From contig CAVXRD010000002.1 of assembly GCA_963764165.1 (NCBI GenBank), positions 384,001-448,000 on the forward strand: 64,000 bases of DNA. The letters run 5' to 3'. Source of the stretch: an uncultured Verrucomicrobiae bacterium (lineage in GTDB: Bacteria; Verrucomicrobiota; Verrucomicrobiia; Limisphaerales; Palsa-1400). Positions 15,875-26,164 of this stretch are shown here, in pieces. The translations under genes and the position numbers were made by a program. The notes under the pieces are model-generated. The model was not told where the DNA came from and searched no databases. It worked only from the letters and a program-made list of their open reading frames with translations. Numbering within the stretch: the first letter of the stretch is position 1; every line of letters begins with the position of its first letter.

Positions 15875-18262
15875 TTACCTCCGCCGCCAAGGTGGCTTGC
15901 TTTTGGAACCGGGGCGCGGTTTTCCCGGGCGGTTCGTGCTGAATAGATTGGAACTGGAACTGGGGATCATCGGTTTCTTTTCCGCTGAGCCGGAAGTTCG
16001 TTCTGGCTTTCCCGAGGGTCTATCTGTTCTGCGCGGGCCTTGGTCTGGTTTTCTGGAAGGTTTATAAGTCCTGCGAGAAGTCTGCTCGGATCTTCCGAAG
16101 CGATCTTCGGTGCGGCGAGGGGGCTGCTCCATTCTTCCAGGTGCTCTTTCCGTTTTGCCAACGGTCTTCACCAATTTGAAATCCACCTGCTTTTTGAAAC
16201 TGTCCACCTTCGCCACCTGCACCATCACTTTGTCGCCGGATTTAATAACGCGGCGCGTGCGGCGGCCGGTGAGCTGGTGGCGGGATTCGTCGTAAACGAA
16301 GAAATCATCCTCCACACTCGAAAGATGCACCAGGCCGCTCATGCCGAGCGTCGAAACATCCACGAAAAATCCGAAGTTCCGCAAATCGATGACGAGGGCC
16401 GGGTAGGACTCCGGCTGGCCGCTCTCAAGCTGCTTGCGAAGATAGGCGTACATCTTGACGTCCTTGCTGTCGCGCTCGGCGTCGGAGGAATTTCGCTCGG
16501 TGTCGGAAATATGCGCCGCCATTGTCTTGAGCAATCCCGGCGGAATTTTGATGCTGTCAAAAAGAACCCGGTGGACAATCAAATCCGCGTAACGGCGAAT
16601 GGGCGAAGTGAAATGGGTGTATTTCATCTTGGCCAAACCGTAATGCCCCAGCGGTTCAAGCGCGTAGCGGGCGCGCATGAGCGATTTGAGAAAACCGATC
16701 TTCAACGCCGGCCCCACCGGAAGCGTGTCAAGATGGCGAAGCAATTTTTGGACTTCCAAACGGTCGCTCAGTTTGCCGCAGGGAATATGGTGGCTCAAGA
16801 CGTCCTGCCGATACTCCTCCAGGCGCATTTCGGCGGGAGGCTCGTGGACGCGGTAAATTGCCGGAAGCCTCAAGGCCATCAGGCGCGTTGCCACGGCCTC
16901 GTTGGCCAGCAGCATGTATTCCTCGATCAACTGGTGCGAAACATCATTCTCGATTTTTTCGATGCGCAGCACGCGGCCGTGCTCGTCAAGACGAATTTTG
17001 CTCTCGGGAAAATCAAGGGCGAGCGAACCCGCCTGAAAACGGGCCCGCCGAATGCGCTGGGCAAGCTGATGCGCGTCGTGGAGCATCTGCGCTATCGGAT
17101 CGCCACCGTCCGGCCCTTGCAGGATGGCGAAGGCTTCCTTGTAGGTGAAGCGGTGGCGCGAACGGATGACCGCCGAGTAGAATTTTGATTCCAAGACGCG
17201 GCCTTCCCCGGAGACGACAAACTCGACGCACTTGGTCAATCGATCCACTCCCGCCTTGAGCGAGCAAATCTCGTTGCTCAACGCCTCCGGCAGCATCGGA
17301 ATCACTCTGTCAACCAAATATGTGGAATTGCCGCGCTTGCGGGCTTCCTCGTCCAAGGCGGTTCCGGCGCGGACATAATGCGAAACATCCGCGATATGCA
17401 CCCACAAGCGCCATTTCGGCCCTTCGCGGCGGAGGCAAATGGCGTCGTCGAAATCCTTGGCATCATCCGGGTCTATGGTTACAACGGAGTGGTTGCGGCA
17501 ATCCACCCGGCCTGAGCATTCGTCCGGCAGCGGCTCGCCGCGCGGGCGGGATTTCGCCAACTCGGCGGCTTCCTGCAAAACGTTTTGCGGAAAGTGCAGC
17601 GGAAGATTGTATTGGCGCAGCACGGAAAGCATATCGACGCCTTCCTGATCCGCCGGGCCGAGGACTTCAATGATTTCCCCCTCAGGATTCGTATGTCGCG
17701 ATTCCCAGACGCGCAATTCCACAACCACTTTGTCGCCGATGTTCGGCGCGCGGCCGACATCCGTTGGCGGCGAAACATAAATATCGTGCGGAATGCGCGG
17801 GTCGTCGGGGATGACGAATAGGAATTGCTTGCTGCGCTGCAAGGTGCCAACGAGCTGCGTGCGAACGCGCTCCAAAATCCGAACCACCGAGCCGCTTTTT
17901 TCCCCGGGGCGTCCGCCTCCTCTGCCCACTTCGCGGCGAATGAGCACGCGATCACCGTTGAGGGCTGTGCCGGTCGCGCTTTCGGGGATGACGAATTCGC
18001 CCTGGGCGGGATCATCGGCTTCCAGGAAGCCTTTGCCTTGGCGGTTCATGCGAATGCGGCCGGGAATCAAATCAGCCTCTTGCGACGGAATATAACGCCC
18101 GCTTTTGGTGCGGACAATCTGCCCCTTGCGCTCGAGGTCGTTGAGGATTTCTTCCAGTTCCTTGTGCTGGTCTGGCTGCATCCCGAGGCGGCCAATCAAC
18201 TGGTGAATATCGGATGGCCGGTAATCCTTCCGGGCCAGCAAACGAAGAATAAGTTGCTCCAT
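15875..18262 (-). CDS. rnr: ribonuclease R
   Basis: N-terminal HTH and CSDs, TIDPDDAKDFDDA, HIADVS, HFTSPIRRYADL, S1 domain, basic tail. Confidence 0.95.
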   Translation of the reverse strand: MEQLILRLLARKDYRPSDIHQLIGRLGMQPDQHKELEEILNDLERKGQIVRTKSGRYIPSQEADLIPGRIRMNRQGKGFLEADDPAQGEFVIPESATGTALNGDRVLIRREVGRGGGRPGEKSGSVVRILERVRTQLVGTLQRSKQFLFVIPDDPRIPHDIYVSPPTDVGRAPNIGDKVVVELRVWESRHTNPEGEIIEVLGPADQEGVDMLSVLRQYNLPLHFPQNVLQEAAELAKSRPRGEPLPDECSGRVDCRNHSVVTIDPDDAKDFDDAICLRREGPKWRLWVHIADVSHYVRAGTALDEEARKRGNSTYLVDRVIPMLPEALSNEICSLKAGVDRLTKCVEFVVSGEGRVLESKFYSAVIRSRHRFTYKEAFAILQGPDGGDPIAQMLHDAHQLAQRIRRARFQAGSLALDFPESKIRLDEHGRVLRIEKIENDVSHQLIEEYMLLANEAVATRLMALRLPAIYRVHEPPAEMRLEEYRQDVLSHHIPCGKLSDRLEVQKLLRHLDTLPVGPALKIGFLKSLMRARYALEPLGHYGLAKMKYTHFTSPIRRYADLIVHRVLFDSIKIPPGLLKTMAAHISDTERNSSDAERDSKDVKMYAYLRKQLESGQPESYPALVIDLRNFGFFVDVSTLGMSGLVHLSSVEDDFFVYDESRHQLTGRRTRRVIKSGDKVMVQVAKVDSFKKQVDFKLVKTVGKTERAPGRMEQPPRRTEDRFGRSEQTSRRTYKPSRKPDQGPRRTDRPSGKPERTSGSAEKKPMIPSSSSNLFSTNRPGKPRPGSKSKPPWRRR

Positions 18263-18275
18263 AAGGTCGCCGCTG

Positions 18276-19232
18276 TTAACCAGCGAGCGCCGCCGCCATT
18301 TGCTCGTGCCCCGACATCAGGAATTCGAGGTAGGAGCAGAGACGCGCCTTCATTTCGCCGCGGGCGACGATGGCGTCAATCAAACCGTGGTCAAGCAGAA
18401 ATTCGGCGGTTTGGAATCCGGGGGGCAGTTCGGATTGCGTCGTGCTTTCGATGACGCGCGGCCCCGCAAAGCCGATCATCGCGCCCGGTTCGGCGAGAAT
18501 TAAATCGCCGACGGCGGCGAAGCTTGCCATGACGCCGGCCATCGTGGGGTTGGTCAGGACGCTGATGTAAGGAAGTTTGGCTTTCGCGTGGTAGGCGAGC
18601 GCGCCGCAAGTCTTGGCCATCTGCATCAAGCTGAACATGCCTTCATACATGCGCGCGCCGCCGCTGGTGGAAATGATGATGACCGGCAAGCCTTTGTCAG
18701 TGGCCGATTCGATCAAGCGCGTCAATCGCTCCCCCACGACCGACCCCATCGAACCACCGAGAAAGCGAAAATCCATCACGCCGAGCGCCACGCGGTATTT
18801 CCCCATCCGGCCAATGCCAGTGCAGACGGCATCCTTGAGGTTCGTGGACTTTTTGTATTGCTCGAGTTTTGCCGTGTAGGACGAGACGCCGGTAAATTTC
18901 AGAATATCGACGCTCTCCATGGAGGCGTCGCTTTCCTCGAACGAGCACGTTTCCACCAAAGTATGGATGCGCTCGCGGGCTCCGATGGGAAAATGATGCT
19001 GGCACTTGGGGCAAACCTTGAGATTGTCGTCCAGCTCCTTGTCATAAATCATGGCGCCGCATTCCTCGCACTTGGTCCAAAGACCTTGGGGAATGTCGCG
19101 TTTGCGCGATGGCGAGGAGCCGATTTTCGGCTTCTTCAGGAAAGTCGTCTGCGACTCCGGTGGCGGGGGCGTGACAGCGGGTTCGACGGTTTCCAGGCCC
19201 AGTGTCTTTTTGGTAAAGGAGGTTGTAGCCAT
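18276..19232 (-). CDS. accD: acetyl-CoA carboxylase carboxyltransferase beta subunit
   Basis: Zn finger CEEC..CPKC, FLGGSMGSVVGE, SGGARMYEG, IGFAGPRVI, FQTAEFL. Confidence 0.96.
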   Translation of the reverse strand: MATTSFTKKTLGLETVEPAVTPPPPESQTTFLKKPKIGSSPSRKRDIPQGLWTKCEECGAMIYDKELDDNLKVCPKCQHHFPIGARERIHTLVETCSFEESDASMESVDILKFTGVSSYTAKLEQYKKSTNLKDAVCTGIGRMGKYRVALGVMDFRFLGGSMGSVVGERLTRLIESATDKGLPVIIISTSGGARMYEGMFSLMQMAKTCGALAYHAKAKLPYISVLTNPTMAGVMASFAAVGDLILAEPGAMIGFAGPRVIESTTQSELPPGFQTAEFLLDHGLIDAIVARGEMKARLCSYLEFLMSGHEQMAAALAG

Positions 19233-19353
19233 CTTAGAATTTCGTCGTTTCATTCAATATGAAACTTAGCGCATTAAACGGCTGCTTGCCAACAGTGTCA
19301 AGTTCCGCGAATCCATGCCGATGTGACGGGAAGCGAGGTAGGGACGCCTCGGC

Positions 19354-19493
19354 GAGATTGTCTCAAAACTACAAAATCCTCAAAGTGTGTCAATACTACG
19401 ACTCTCTCATTTGCGATATGGCGCATTTTTATTTTCGGCGAGGGTGTTTTTGTGGTGCTTTTTAAAGCCATTTTTGAGTTTTGAGACAGTCTC
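19354..19493. mobile_element. 140-bp MITE with IS1182-type ends, inserted in a GTAG REP hairpin
   Basis: TIRs GAGATTGTCTCAAAAC / GTTTTGAGACAGTCTC, 4-bp duplication CGGC. Confidence 0.85.
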
Positions 19494-19556
19494 CGGCGAG
19501 GCGTCCTGCCTTTTGCCTCGGTTTCAATCACATCTTCTGCAAGCGATCCGCCTTCC

Positions 19557-20321
19557 TCAAATTCCGCGAACCACCGTCCAAACGCAGACGTCCGCCGCGC
19601 CCGCCTCGCGCAATGCGTGGGCGCAGGCGCTGGTCGTCGCGCCTGTCGTCATGACATCGTCCACCAAAATGACGCGTTTGCCGCCGAGATTTTGGCCTTC
19701 ATTCGGGGAAAAGGCTCCGCTGACGTTTTTGGCCCTCTCCGGACGCGACAACCTTGTTTGCGTCTCAGTGAACAATTCGCGCCGGATTGCGCGGGCATTC
19801 ACCGGCAAATCCACCGAACGGCCAAGACAGCGAGCGAGGCGTTCCGCCTGATTGAATTGGCGCTGGCGCAATTTCACCGGATGCAATGGCACGGGAACAA
19901 TCACATCCCATTCGCCGCGAACCAAAGCCGGCACCGCCTGCCGCGCCAGCAAATCCGCCAGGAACGGCTCGAACCAAAGGGCGTGGGAATATTTGTAGCG
20001 ATGGATCACATCGAGAATCATGGCATTGGCACGAACAGCGGAGCGCGCGAAGCGGAAACCGAGATCGATGCCATCGCAATTCGAGCATTTGAACGAATGC
20101 GTTATATCGCCGTCGTAAGGCAGGCCGCACTGATCGCAAAAAGGCGCGGTCACGAAACGGACGCCATTCCAGCAGTCATCACCGACGTATCCCTGCCCTG
20201 CCCCCGCCCGTTCCTCCCCACAAAGCTGGCAGGCGGGCGGGTAGAAAAAATTCAGCGCGGCGTCCATCACCTGACGAATTCCAGCCGAACTTTTGCCGCC
20301 GATGAGCGCGCGTGATGACAT
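19557..20321 (-). CDS. comF: ComF-family phosphoribosyltransferase-like protein
   Basis: N-terminal Zn-ribbon cysteines, VPVPLH, RQFNQA, LVDDVMTTGAT. Confidence 0.92.
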   Translation of the reverse strand: MSSRALIGGKSSAGIRQVMDAALNFFYPPACQLCGEERAGAGQGYVGDDCWNGVRFVTAPFCDQCGLPYDGDITHSFKCSNCDGIDLGFRFARSAVRANAMILDVIHRYKYSHALWFEPFLADLLARQAVPALVRGEWDVIVPVPLHPVKLRQRQFNQAERLARCLGRSVDLPVNARAIRRELFTETQTRLSRPERAKNVSGAFSPNEGQNLGGKRVILVDDVMTTGATTSACAHALREAGAADVCVWTVVRGI

Positions 20322-20390
20322 TTAGCGCCTGAGTTTACTCACGGCGCGGTTTTTGGACAAGGAGGCATCCACCTACGTTGCGCAAAGGCG

Positions 20391-20708
20391 TCAAATAAAT
20401 TTGTTTACTATAAGGACGATCGCAAATGCAACGAGGATTAACAGTGAAACAAAAAGAAATTTCCAAGGCGGAAGTTTGTTTGGAGGCGGATCGTGCAACT
20501 CCGCGGTTTTGTTATCGGGGGTCAGCGCTTCAAAAACGCGCCTGCCAAAGGAGTTGCGGAGACCGTGGCCAGCACCAAATCCGCCGCCCGCGTCCTCGAA
20601 TCCTCTCAAGGCTTCACCAAATCCCTTTGCAAACGGAGGTATTCCGCGGCACCCCCAAAGCACGAGAGCGGCGCCCACGATTACAATTATTTCAGTCCCG
20701 CCGATCAT
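20391..20708 (-). CDS. TatA/E-like protein with an extra C-terminal TM helix
   Basis: GGTEIIVIVGAALVLWG..IPPFAKGFGEALRGF matches the TatA TM-hinge-amphipathic helix pattern. Confidence 0.6.
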   Translation of the reverse strand: MIGGTEIIVIVGAALVLWGCRGIPPFAKGFGEALRGFEDAGGGFGAGHGLRNSFGRRVFEALTPDNKTAELHDPPPNKLPPWKFLFVSLLILVAFAIVLIVNKFI

Positions 20709-20763
20709 TTGAACTGATCGTTATCATGTCCCAATCACCCAAACCATTCAACAGCTTTTACCC

Positions 20764-21534
20764 ATGAGCTTCGCCATCATGCAGAACGGCGCCAAGCCGC
20801 CGACCGGAGATCAACTCCAAAACGTTTTCGCGCAAGTTCCCGGACTGACTTCGGTGGACGCCACACTCATGGCGAAAGATGCCCACGGCGTCTTGATGAA
20901 GGGCTTGGATGCCGAGACCGCCGGGCTCATGCGCAAAGCTTTTGCCGATGAAGGCGTTGAAACAGAAGTGGTGGATGAATCAGTGCTCATGGAGCTTCCC
21001 ACGCCCATCCAGTTAACCCGGGCCGGTTTCATGGAGCGCGGACTTAGCATTGATAATATGGCGGGGCGAATTTTGGAATTGGCATGGAATGATGTTTTCC
21101 TGGTCGCAGCCGGCCGGGTGCGCCTGGCGGAATTCAAGGAGCACATCCGGGAGCAAACTTCAGGTTTGGCCAACGATGATTACACTCCAGCACTCCAACT
21201 TGAGGCCGAAACCACGGAGGAGCAGCGTGATCACTGGCTGCTGGAAGTGATTACCACCAATGCGTCGGCGCGCTACCACATTGTTGCCGACAAGCCGGAA
21301 TCGATGCTTTTCTTCCAGTGCCTCGGAGATCGCCGCGTCAAGGAACCGCAGGGAAACCTGGAGCTGTTTCTGGCGGATCTGGCCACGCGGGCTCCGCGCG
21401 CCGTTTTGAATCACGGCGCGTTTTGCCTTCGCGGCGGCGCCTCGCGCGATTTTTTCTATCCCACCCAGACGGCATTTTACCGGGAAATTACATGGTTGTT
21501 GTGGGTGGCGTCATCCGGACGCCTTGAGGTGTAA
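20764..21534 (+). CDS. hypothetical protein
   Basis: 256-aa ORF with ATG start and protein-like composition; no family recognised. Confidence 0.7.
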   Translation: MSFAIMQNGAKPPTGDQLQNVFAQVPGLTSVDATLMAKDAHGVLMKGLDAETAGLMRKAFADEGVETEVVDESVLMELPTPIQLTRAGFMERGLSIDNMAGRILELAWNDVFLVAAGRVRLAEFKEHIREQTSGLANDDYTPALQLEAETTEEQRDHWLLEVITTNASARYHIVADKPESMLFFQCLGDRRVKEPQGNLELFLADLATRAPRAVLNHGAFCLRGGASRDFFYPTQTAFYREITWLLWVASSGRLEV

Positions 21535-21607
21535 ATAAAATTGCGCCGGGGCGGCCGTTGCGGAAATGGGGCGATGAGCTACATTTCAAGTGGTTTCAAA
21601 CAACACG

Positions 21608-22147
21608 ATGGGTAAAAAAAGCTCAAAGAATGGAAGTGGCATGAAAGTTTTTGCTGGAATTGTCATAGGAATATTGTTGGGAGCGCTCGGCTATTATTTT
21701 GTCCAGCAGCAGGCGAGAGAGCATCCAGAGACGCAGAAACGTTTCGAGGATTCAGCGCATCAGGCAGGCGCCGCCGCCAGCGACGCGGCGCACCATCTTT
21801 CCGACGCCCTCAAGGCAAAGATGGACACGCTTGGCTTGCACAGCGATCAGATCAAGGATGAGATGGCGCGCTCGGGAAAAGTTGTCCGCAGCAAAACCAA
21901 GGAAATTGCGGGCAAAGTGGCCGACGCCACGGCCGACGCGCGCATCGTGACGGCGATCAAGGCGAAATACGCGTCCGACCCGGATGTGTCGGTCTGGTCC
22001 ATTTCTGTTTCGTGCAGTGACGGGCATGTCTCACTTTCCGGAACCGTTCCCACTGCGGACGGCATTGGAAAAGCAGTCGCGCTCGCGTTGGAAGTGGACG
22101 GTGTTCAGGACGTCAGTTCGACGGTGCAGATAAAGCCGAAGACGTAA
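21608..22147 (+). CDS. membrane-anchored BON (OsmY-like) domain protein
   Basis: N-terminal TM; DARIVTAIKAK..GHVSLSGTV..ALEVDGVQDV. Confidence 0.85.
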   Translation: MGKKSSKNGSGMKVFAGIVIGILLGALGYYFVQQQAREHPETQKRFEDSAHQAGAAASDAAHHLSDALKAKMDTLGLHSDQIKDEMARSGKVVRSKTKEIAGKVADATADARIVTAIKAKYASDPDVSVWSISVSCSDGHVSLSGTVPTADGIGKAVALALEVDGVQDVSSTVQIKPKT

Positions 22148-22158
22148 TTGCGCGACTG

Positions 22159-22527
22159 ATGAAGGTGGTAGTTGCAATTTTTGCCGTCGCGCTTGGATTC
22201 CTCGCAATGATCGCCGGTGGGATTATGAGTACCATTGTTTGCGGACTCGGGATTTGCAGCACAGACCCAAGCTTGGGAAACTCGACTGTCTTTGCGTTTA
22301 TGTCGGGGATCATCACTCTTCTTGGAGTTGCAATGGGCAGCCTGATCGAAATGGGAAACACGCGCGCATCTCGAATTTGGTTGCCGATGCTATTTTGTTT
22401 GCCCATCTGCCTCATGGCAATTTTGATGGCCTGTTCAGGCGAAGGGGCGCGATGCGCCGCTTTGCTAGTCTGTATTGCAGCCTCTTCCGCGGTGGTTGGG
22501 ATCGTTGAAAGAGTTCGCCCTACCTGA
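22159..22527 (+). CDS. hypothetical membrane protein (about 4 TM)
   Basis: 122-aa hydrophobic ORF 11 nt after the BON gene. Confidence 0.55.
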   Translation: MKVVVAIFAVALGFLAMIAGGIMSTIVCGLGICSTDPSLGNSTVFAFMSGIITLLGVAMGSLIEMGNTRASRIWLPMLFCLPICLMAILMACSGEGARCAALLVCIAASSAVVGIVERVRPT

Positions 22528-22609
22528 GCACAAAAGCACGCGCCCCAGCAGCGGCCGCCATTAGCCAATCAAACACCACGCGGCAGTCGACGGTGTGAAT
22601 CCGCGCCGA

Positions 22610-25600
22610 TTATGGATAAATCAGGCGGAAGAACACTGCTTCGTCTGCAAGGCTGATTGGGATGATTTCCAAATTGGTCGCAGAGGAACCGGGAATCACC
22701 ACCCAATTTGTGCCCAGTGCATTCGTCTGGGCCTCGAGTCGAAAACCGGCGTGATCCGCAGGCCAGCTCAAGGTCACGCTGTTGGCGGAACGGAACACCG
22801 TCACATTGGTCGCGCCGGTGTTGGGAACCACAGTGACGGTGATCGTATTGGTTGAACTCAAGTGTGGATTGACCAGATCATAGGGATTGCTGTTCGACAC
22901 AACCGTCGTGATGGTGTTGGTGGTGAGTGATTGGTTTTGGGCGGGGGTCCAGGTTATGACGCCATTGCTGTTGATGGAAGCGCCAGCCGGCGGGGCCAGC
23001 AGCAGATAGCCAGCAGTGACGGAATGAATATTCGGCTCGGTCGCGCCATTGGTGATGGTGGATGGATGCTGCACGATAATCGATTTGACAGAGGATGACG
23101 GCAAGACAGGCGCAATATTCACCTCCACGACGATGACGGAAAAGGCATTGGTGGCGCTTAATGCCGGTGTGCCGTTATCCATCACGCCCACCATCACCAA
23201 ATTCGTGGATGGACTATTGGTCTGTTGAGGCGTCCAAGTAAGAATCCCGGTGGTGGGATTGACGACCATTCCGTTCGGGCCTGCGACGAGGCTATAGGTA
23301 AGAGATTGCGGCGGCGATTCCCGATCCGTCGCGGTGTTGGACTCCGTTAAGGTGGCCAGTTCATCGACTGTGTGCCAGTTGGTGCTGGAAGTGACAAAGA
23401 TTGGCCGGGTATTCAACACGGTGAGCACAAAATAACCGGGATCATAATTGGTGCTCCAGGCGTCGGCAAAAGGCAGCGCGGCGCTGGCAAAAGCCCCTGT
23501 GAAAGAGCCATAATAAAGATTGGTGAACGAGTCGCCGATGGCGGGCTGGAATCCATCGTTCAAATTGGCGCTGATGGCGCCTGTCAAAGATACGGCGCCG
23601 GCAAGCGTGACGGTGCCGTAATTGGTCAAACCATTGACGCCAAAATTTATGGTCCCATTCGTCAGGTCAACCGCGCCTTGCAAGCTGATGTCGCCGGATT
23701 CGGAGTCCAGGATGCCCGAATTGTTGAACACGACATTGGCATCAAGAGTAGTCAAGCCACTGTTGCCTGACTTGAGGAAGGTCCCGACGTTGTCAAACAG
23801 AGTTGTGCCGCCGTCGTAGCCGCCCGTGAAACTGTCGTCACCTTCCGCGTTCCAAAAGCCGTGATTGTAAATTTGCGCGTTGCTGGGGCCGTAACTGTAG
23901 ATGCCGGCATTGGTCCAGTGGACGGCGCCATTGTTGGTTAGAATCAGGCCGGTGAAACCAACGTTGCCCCCGCCTGCTATGCTCAGAACGCCATTAGTGG
24001 CAATCGTCAAAACACCTGACAGCGCGCCGCCCACCCAATTCAGCGTCCCCACAATTGTCCCGCCAAACGTCGCGCCACTCGTCAAGTAGCTGCCGAGACC
24101 AAAAAAGGTATTGGTATTGGCAAAGGAATAGCTGGAGAATTGAATGGTTCCGCTGCCGGAAGTTGCCAGGTCGCCGCCACTGCTTGTGCCCGTGCCGCCA
24201 ATGAGCAGCGTTCCGCTCTGAACATTGAAGAGGCCGGCATTGTTAAACTCGACATTATCATCGAGAGTGGTGGCGCCAGTGTTGCCGGACTTGAGAAACG
24301 TTCCGAAGTTATCGAAGAGAGTAAAGCCGCCGTCGTAGCCGCCGGTGAAGCTGTCGTCGCCCTGCGCATTCCAAACGCCGTAATTGTAAATCTGCGCGTT
24401 GCCCGGGGCATAACTGTAAATGCTGGCATTGGTCCAGTCGACCGTGCCCAAGTTAGTCAAGACGAGGCCGGCAAAGCCAACATTGCCGCCGCCCACAATA
24501 TTCAAAACGCTGTTGCTGGCCACTGTCATATTGCCAGTTATATAGCCGCCGCTCCAGGCCAGCGTTCCGATCAGCACATTTGTTCCGCTGAGCGTGCCGC
24601 TGACAAGTTGGAGATGTGGGGCTGTCAGCACGCCATCGATCGTCGTGTCTCCTGTCATTTCCACCGCGCCGCTGCCGCTGAGATCGGCGCTGTTGGCGAT
24701 GGTCATGCCGTCCAAAGCGAGCACTGCGCCGCTAACAGTGCTAAAGGATCCACTTCCGCTATTCACGCCTTCGCCCAGAGCCAGTGTGCCGCTTTCGACT
24801 GTGACGAGGCCGGTGTTGTTGAACACCACATTGGCATCAAGAGCAGTCAAGCCGCTGTGGCCCGACTTGAGGAAGGATCCAAAATTATCAAAGAGTGTTG
24901 TGCCGCCGTCGTAGCCCCCCGTGAAAGTGTTGTCGCTTTCGGCATTCCAAACTCCGTGGTTGTAAATCTGCGCGTTGCTGGGGCCATAACTGTAAATGCC
25001 GGCATTGGTCCAGTTGACGGCACCATTGTTAGTGAGAACAAGCCCGGCAAAACCAACATTGCCCCCGCCTTCGATGTTTAGGATGCCATCAGCGGCAACC
25101 GTCAAAACACCTGTCAGCGCCCCACCAACCGAATTCAACGTTCCCACTATCGTCCCGCCAAAGGTCGCGCCGCTCGTCAAGGCACTGCCGATGCCGGTAA
25201 AAATTGTTTTATTAACAAAGGTATAGTTTGGGGTGGTAAAATTGACGAACGCGCCGGCCCCCGTGGCAAAGGCGCCGCCGTTGTTGGCGCCGGCGGCGAT
25301 ATCCAAAGTCCCGCTTTGGATATCAACTGTCCCGATGTTGTCGAAGACAACATTCGCATCAAGCGTGGTGACACCCAAGGCGCCCGATTTACTGAAAGTC
25401 CCGATGTTCTCGAAGAGGGTTGTCCCGCCGTCGTAGCCGCCCGTAAAGCTGTCATCCCCCTGCTCATTCCACGAGCCGATGTTGTAAATCTGCGCGTTGC
25501 TCGGGCCGTAGGAGTAAATTCCAACATTGGTCCAATTGACCGTGCCTAGGTTGGTTAAAAGGAGGCCGGCAAAGCCAACAATGCCTCCACCCGAAATGCT

Positions 25601-26128
25601 CAAGATGCTTTGTTCGCCCACAGTCAAACTGCCGGACATGTCTCCCCCGCTCCACACCATGGGGCCTGAGCCAGTGGAGTCCCCCGCCAATTCATTGGTT
25701 CCGGCAAGGCCGCCGCCATCCAGATTGAATATGCCGTGGGAGTTGACCAGAATCAAACCGTTGACGGTTAGAGTCTGGCCGCTGGTGTAAAAGCTTTGCA
25801 TGTATGGTCCGTATTGCGCACCCACCACCAGGCCCGCCACCGTTGCATCCACGTCCAGGTAAACATTATACTCCCCAATGTTGGTGATGACCGCTGTGTC
25901 ATGCTGGCCTGGAACCACGCCCGAACTCCAATTGCTGCCCCCGCTCCAGTTGCCGCCAATGGGATTGATCCAGATGATTGAGTTTGCGCGGCTCTGAATA
26001 CCGACGAATGCCAGCAGAACTGCGATGGAGAGCCTGAGATCGATGTATTTAATAAGTTGGTTAGAGTAGGTGTCATCGAGGATTCGGAGCCATACGGTGT
26101 TCTTCCTAAGGTTATCCCTCGCAGCCAT
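22610..26128 (-). CDS. large secreted beta-strand-repeat surface protein with Ig/cadherin-like C-terminal domains
   Basis: Gly/Asn/Thr-rich, four internal repeats, YSLVAGPNGMVVNPTTGILTWTP, C-terminal FFRLIYP; start codon uncertain. Confidence 0.85.
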   Translation of the reverse strand: MAARDNLRKNTVWLRILDDTYSNQLIKYIDLRLSIAVLLAFVGIQSRANSIIWINPIGGNWSGGSNWSSGVVPGQHDTAVITNIGEYNVYLDVDATVAGLVVGAQYGPYMQSFYTSGQTLTVNGLILVNSHGIFNLDGGGLAGTNELAGDSTGSGPMVWSGGDMSGSLTVGEQSILSISGGGIVGFAGLLLTNLGTVNWTNVGIYSYGPSNAQIYNIGSWNEQGDDSFTGGYDGGTTLFENIGTFSKSGALGVTTLDANVVFDNIGTVDIQSGTLDIAAGANNGGAFATGAGAFVNFTTPNYTFVNKTIFTGIGSALTSGATFGGTIVGTLNSVGGALTGVLTVAADGILNIEGGGNVGFAGLVLTNNGAVNWTNAGIYSYGPSNAQIYNHGVWNAESDNTFTGGYDGGTTLFDNFGSFLKSGHSGLTALDANVVFNNTGLVTVESGTLALGEGVNSGSGSFSTVSGAVLALDGMTIANSADLSGSGAVEMTGDTTIDGVLTAPHLQLVSGTLSGTNVLIGTLAWSGGYITGNMTVASNSVLNIVGGGNVGFAGLVLTNLGTVDWTNASIYSYAPGNAQIYNYGVWNAQGDDSFTGGYDGGFTLFDNFGTFLKSGNTGATTLDDNVEFNNAGLFNVQSGTLLIGGTGTSSGGDLATSGSGTIQFSSYSFANTNTFFGLGSYLTSGATFGGTIVGTLNWVGGALSGVLTIATNGVLSIAGGGNVGFTGLILTNNGAVHWTNAGIYSYGPSNAQIYNHGFWNAEGDDSFTGGYDGGTTLFDNVGTFLKSGNSGLTTLDANVVFNNSGILDSESGDISLQGAVDLTNGTINFGVNGLTNYGTVTLAGAVSLTGAISANLNDGFQPAIGDSFTNLYYGSFTGAFASAALPFADAWSTNYDPGYFVLTVLNTRPIFVTSSTNWHTVDELATLTESNTATDRESPPQSLTYSLVAGPNGMVVNPTTGILTWTPQQTNSPSTNLVMVGVMDNGTPALSATNAFSVIVVEVNIAPVLPSSSVKSIIVQHPSTITNGATEPNIHSVTAGYLLLAPPAGASINSNGVITWTPAQNQSLTTNTITTVVSNSNPYDLVNPHLSSTNTITVTVVPNTGATNVTVFRSANSVTLSWPADHAGFRLEAQTNALGTNWVVIPGSSATNLEIIPISLADEAVFFRLIYP

Positions 26129-26164
26129 CCCCTCGTCCTGATCAGTCCATTAGAACGTTGCCTA

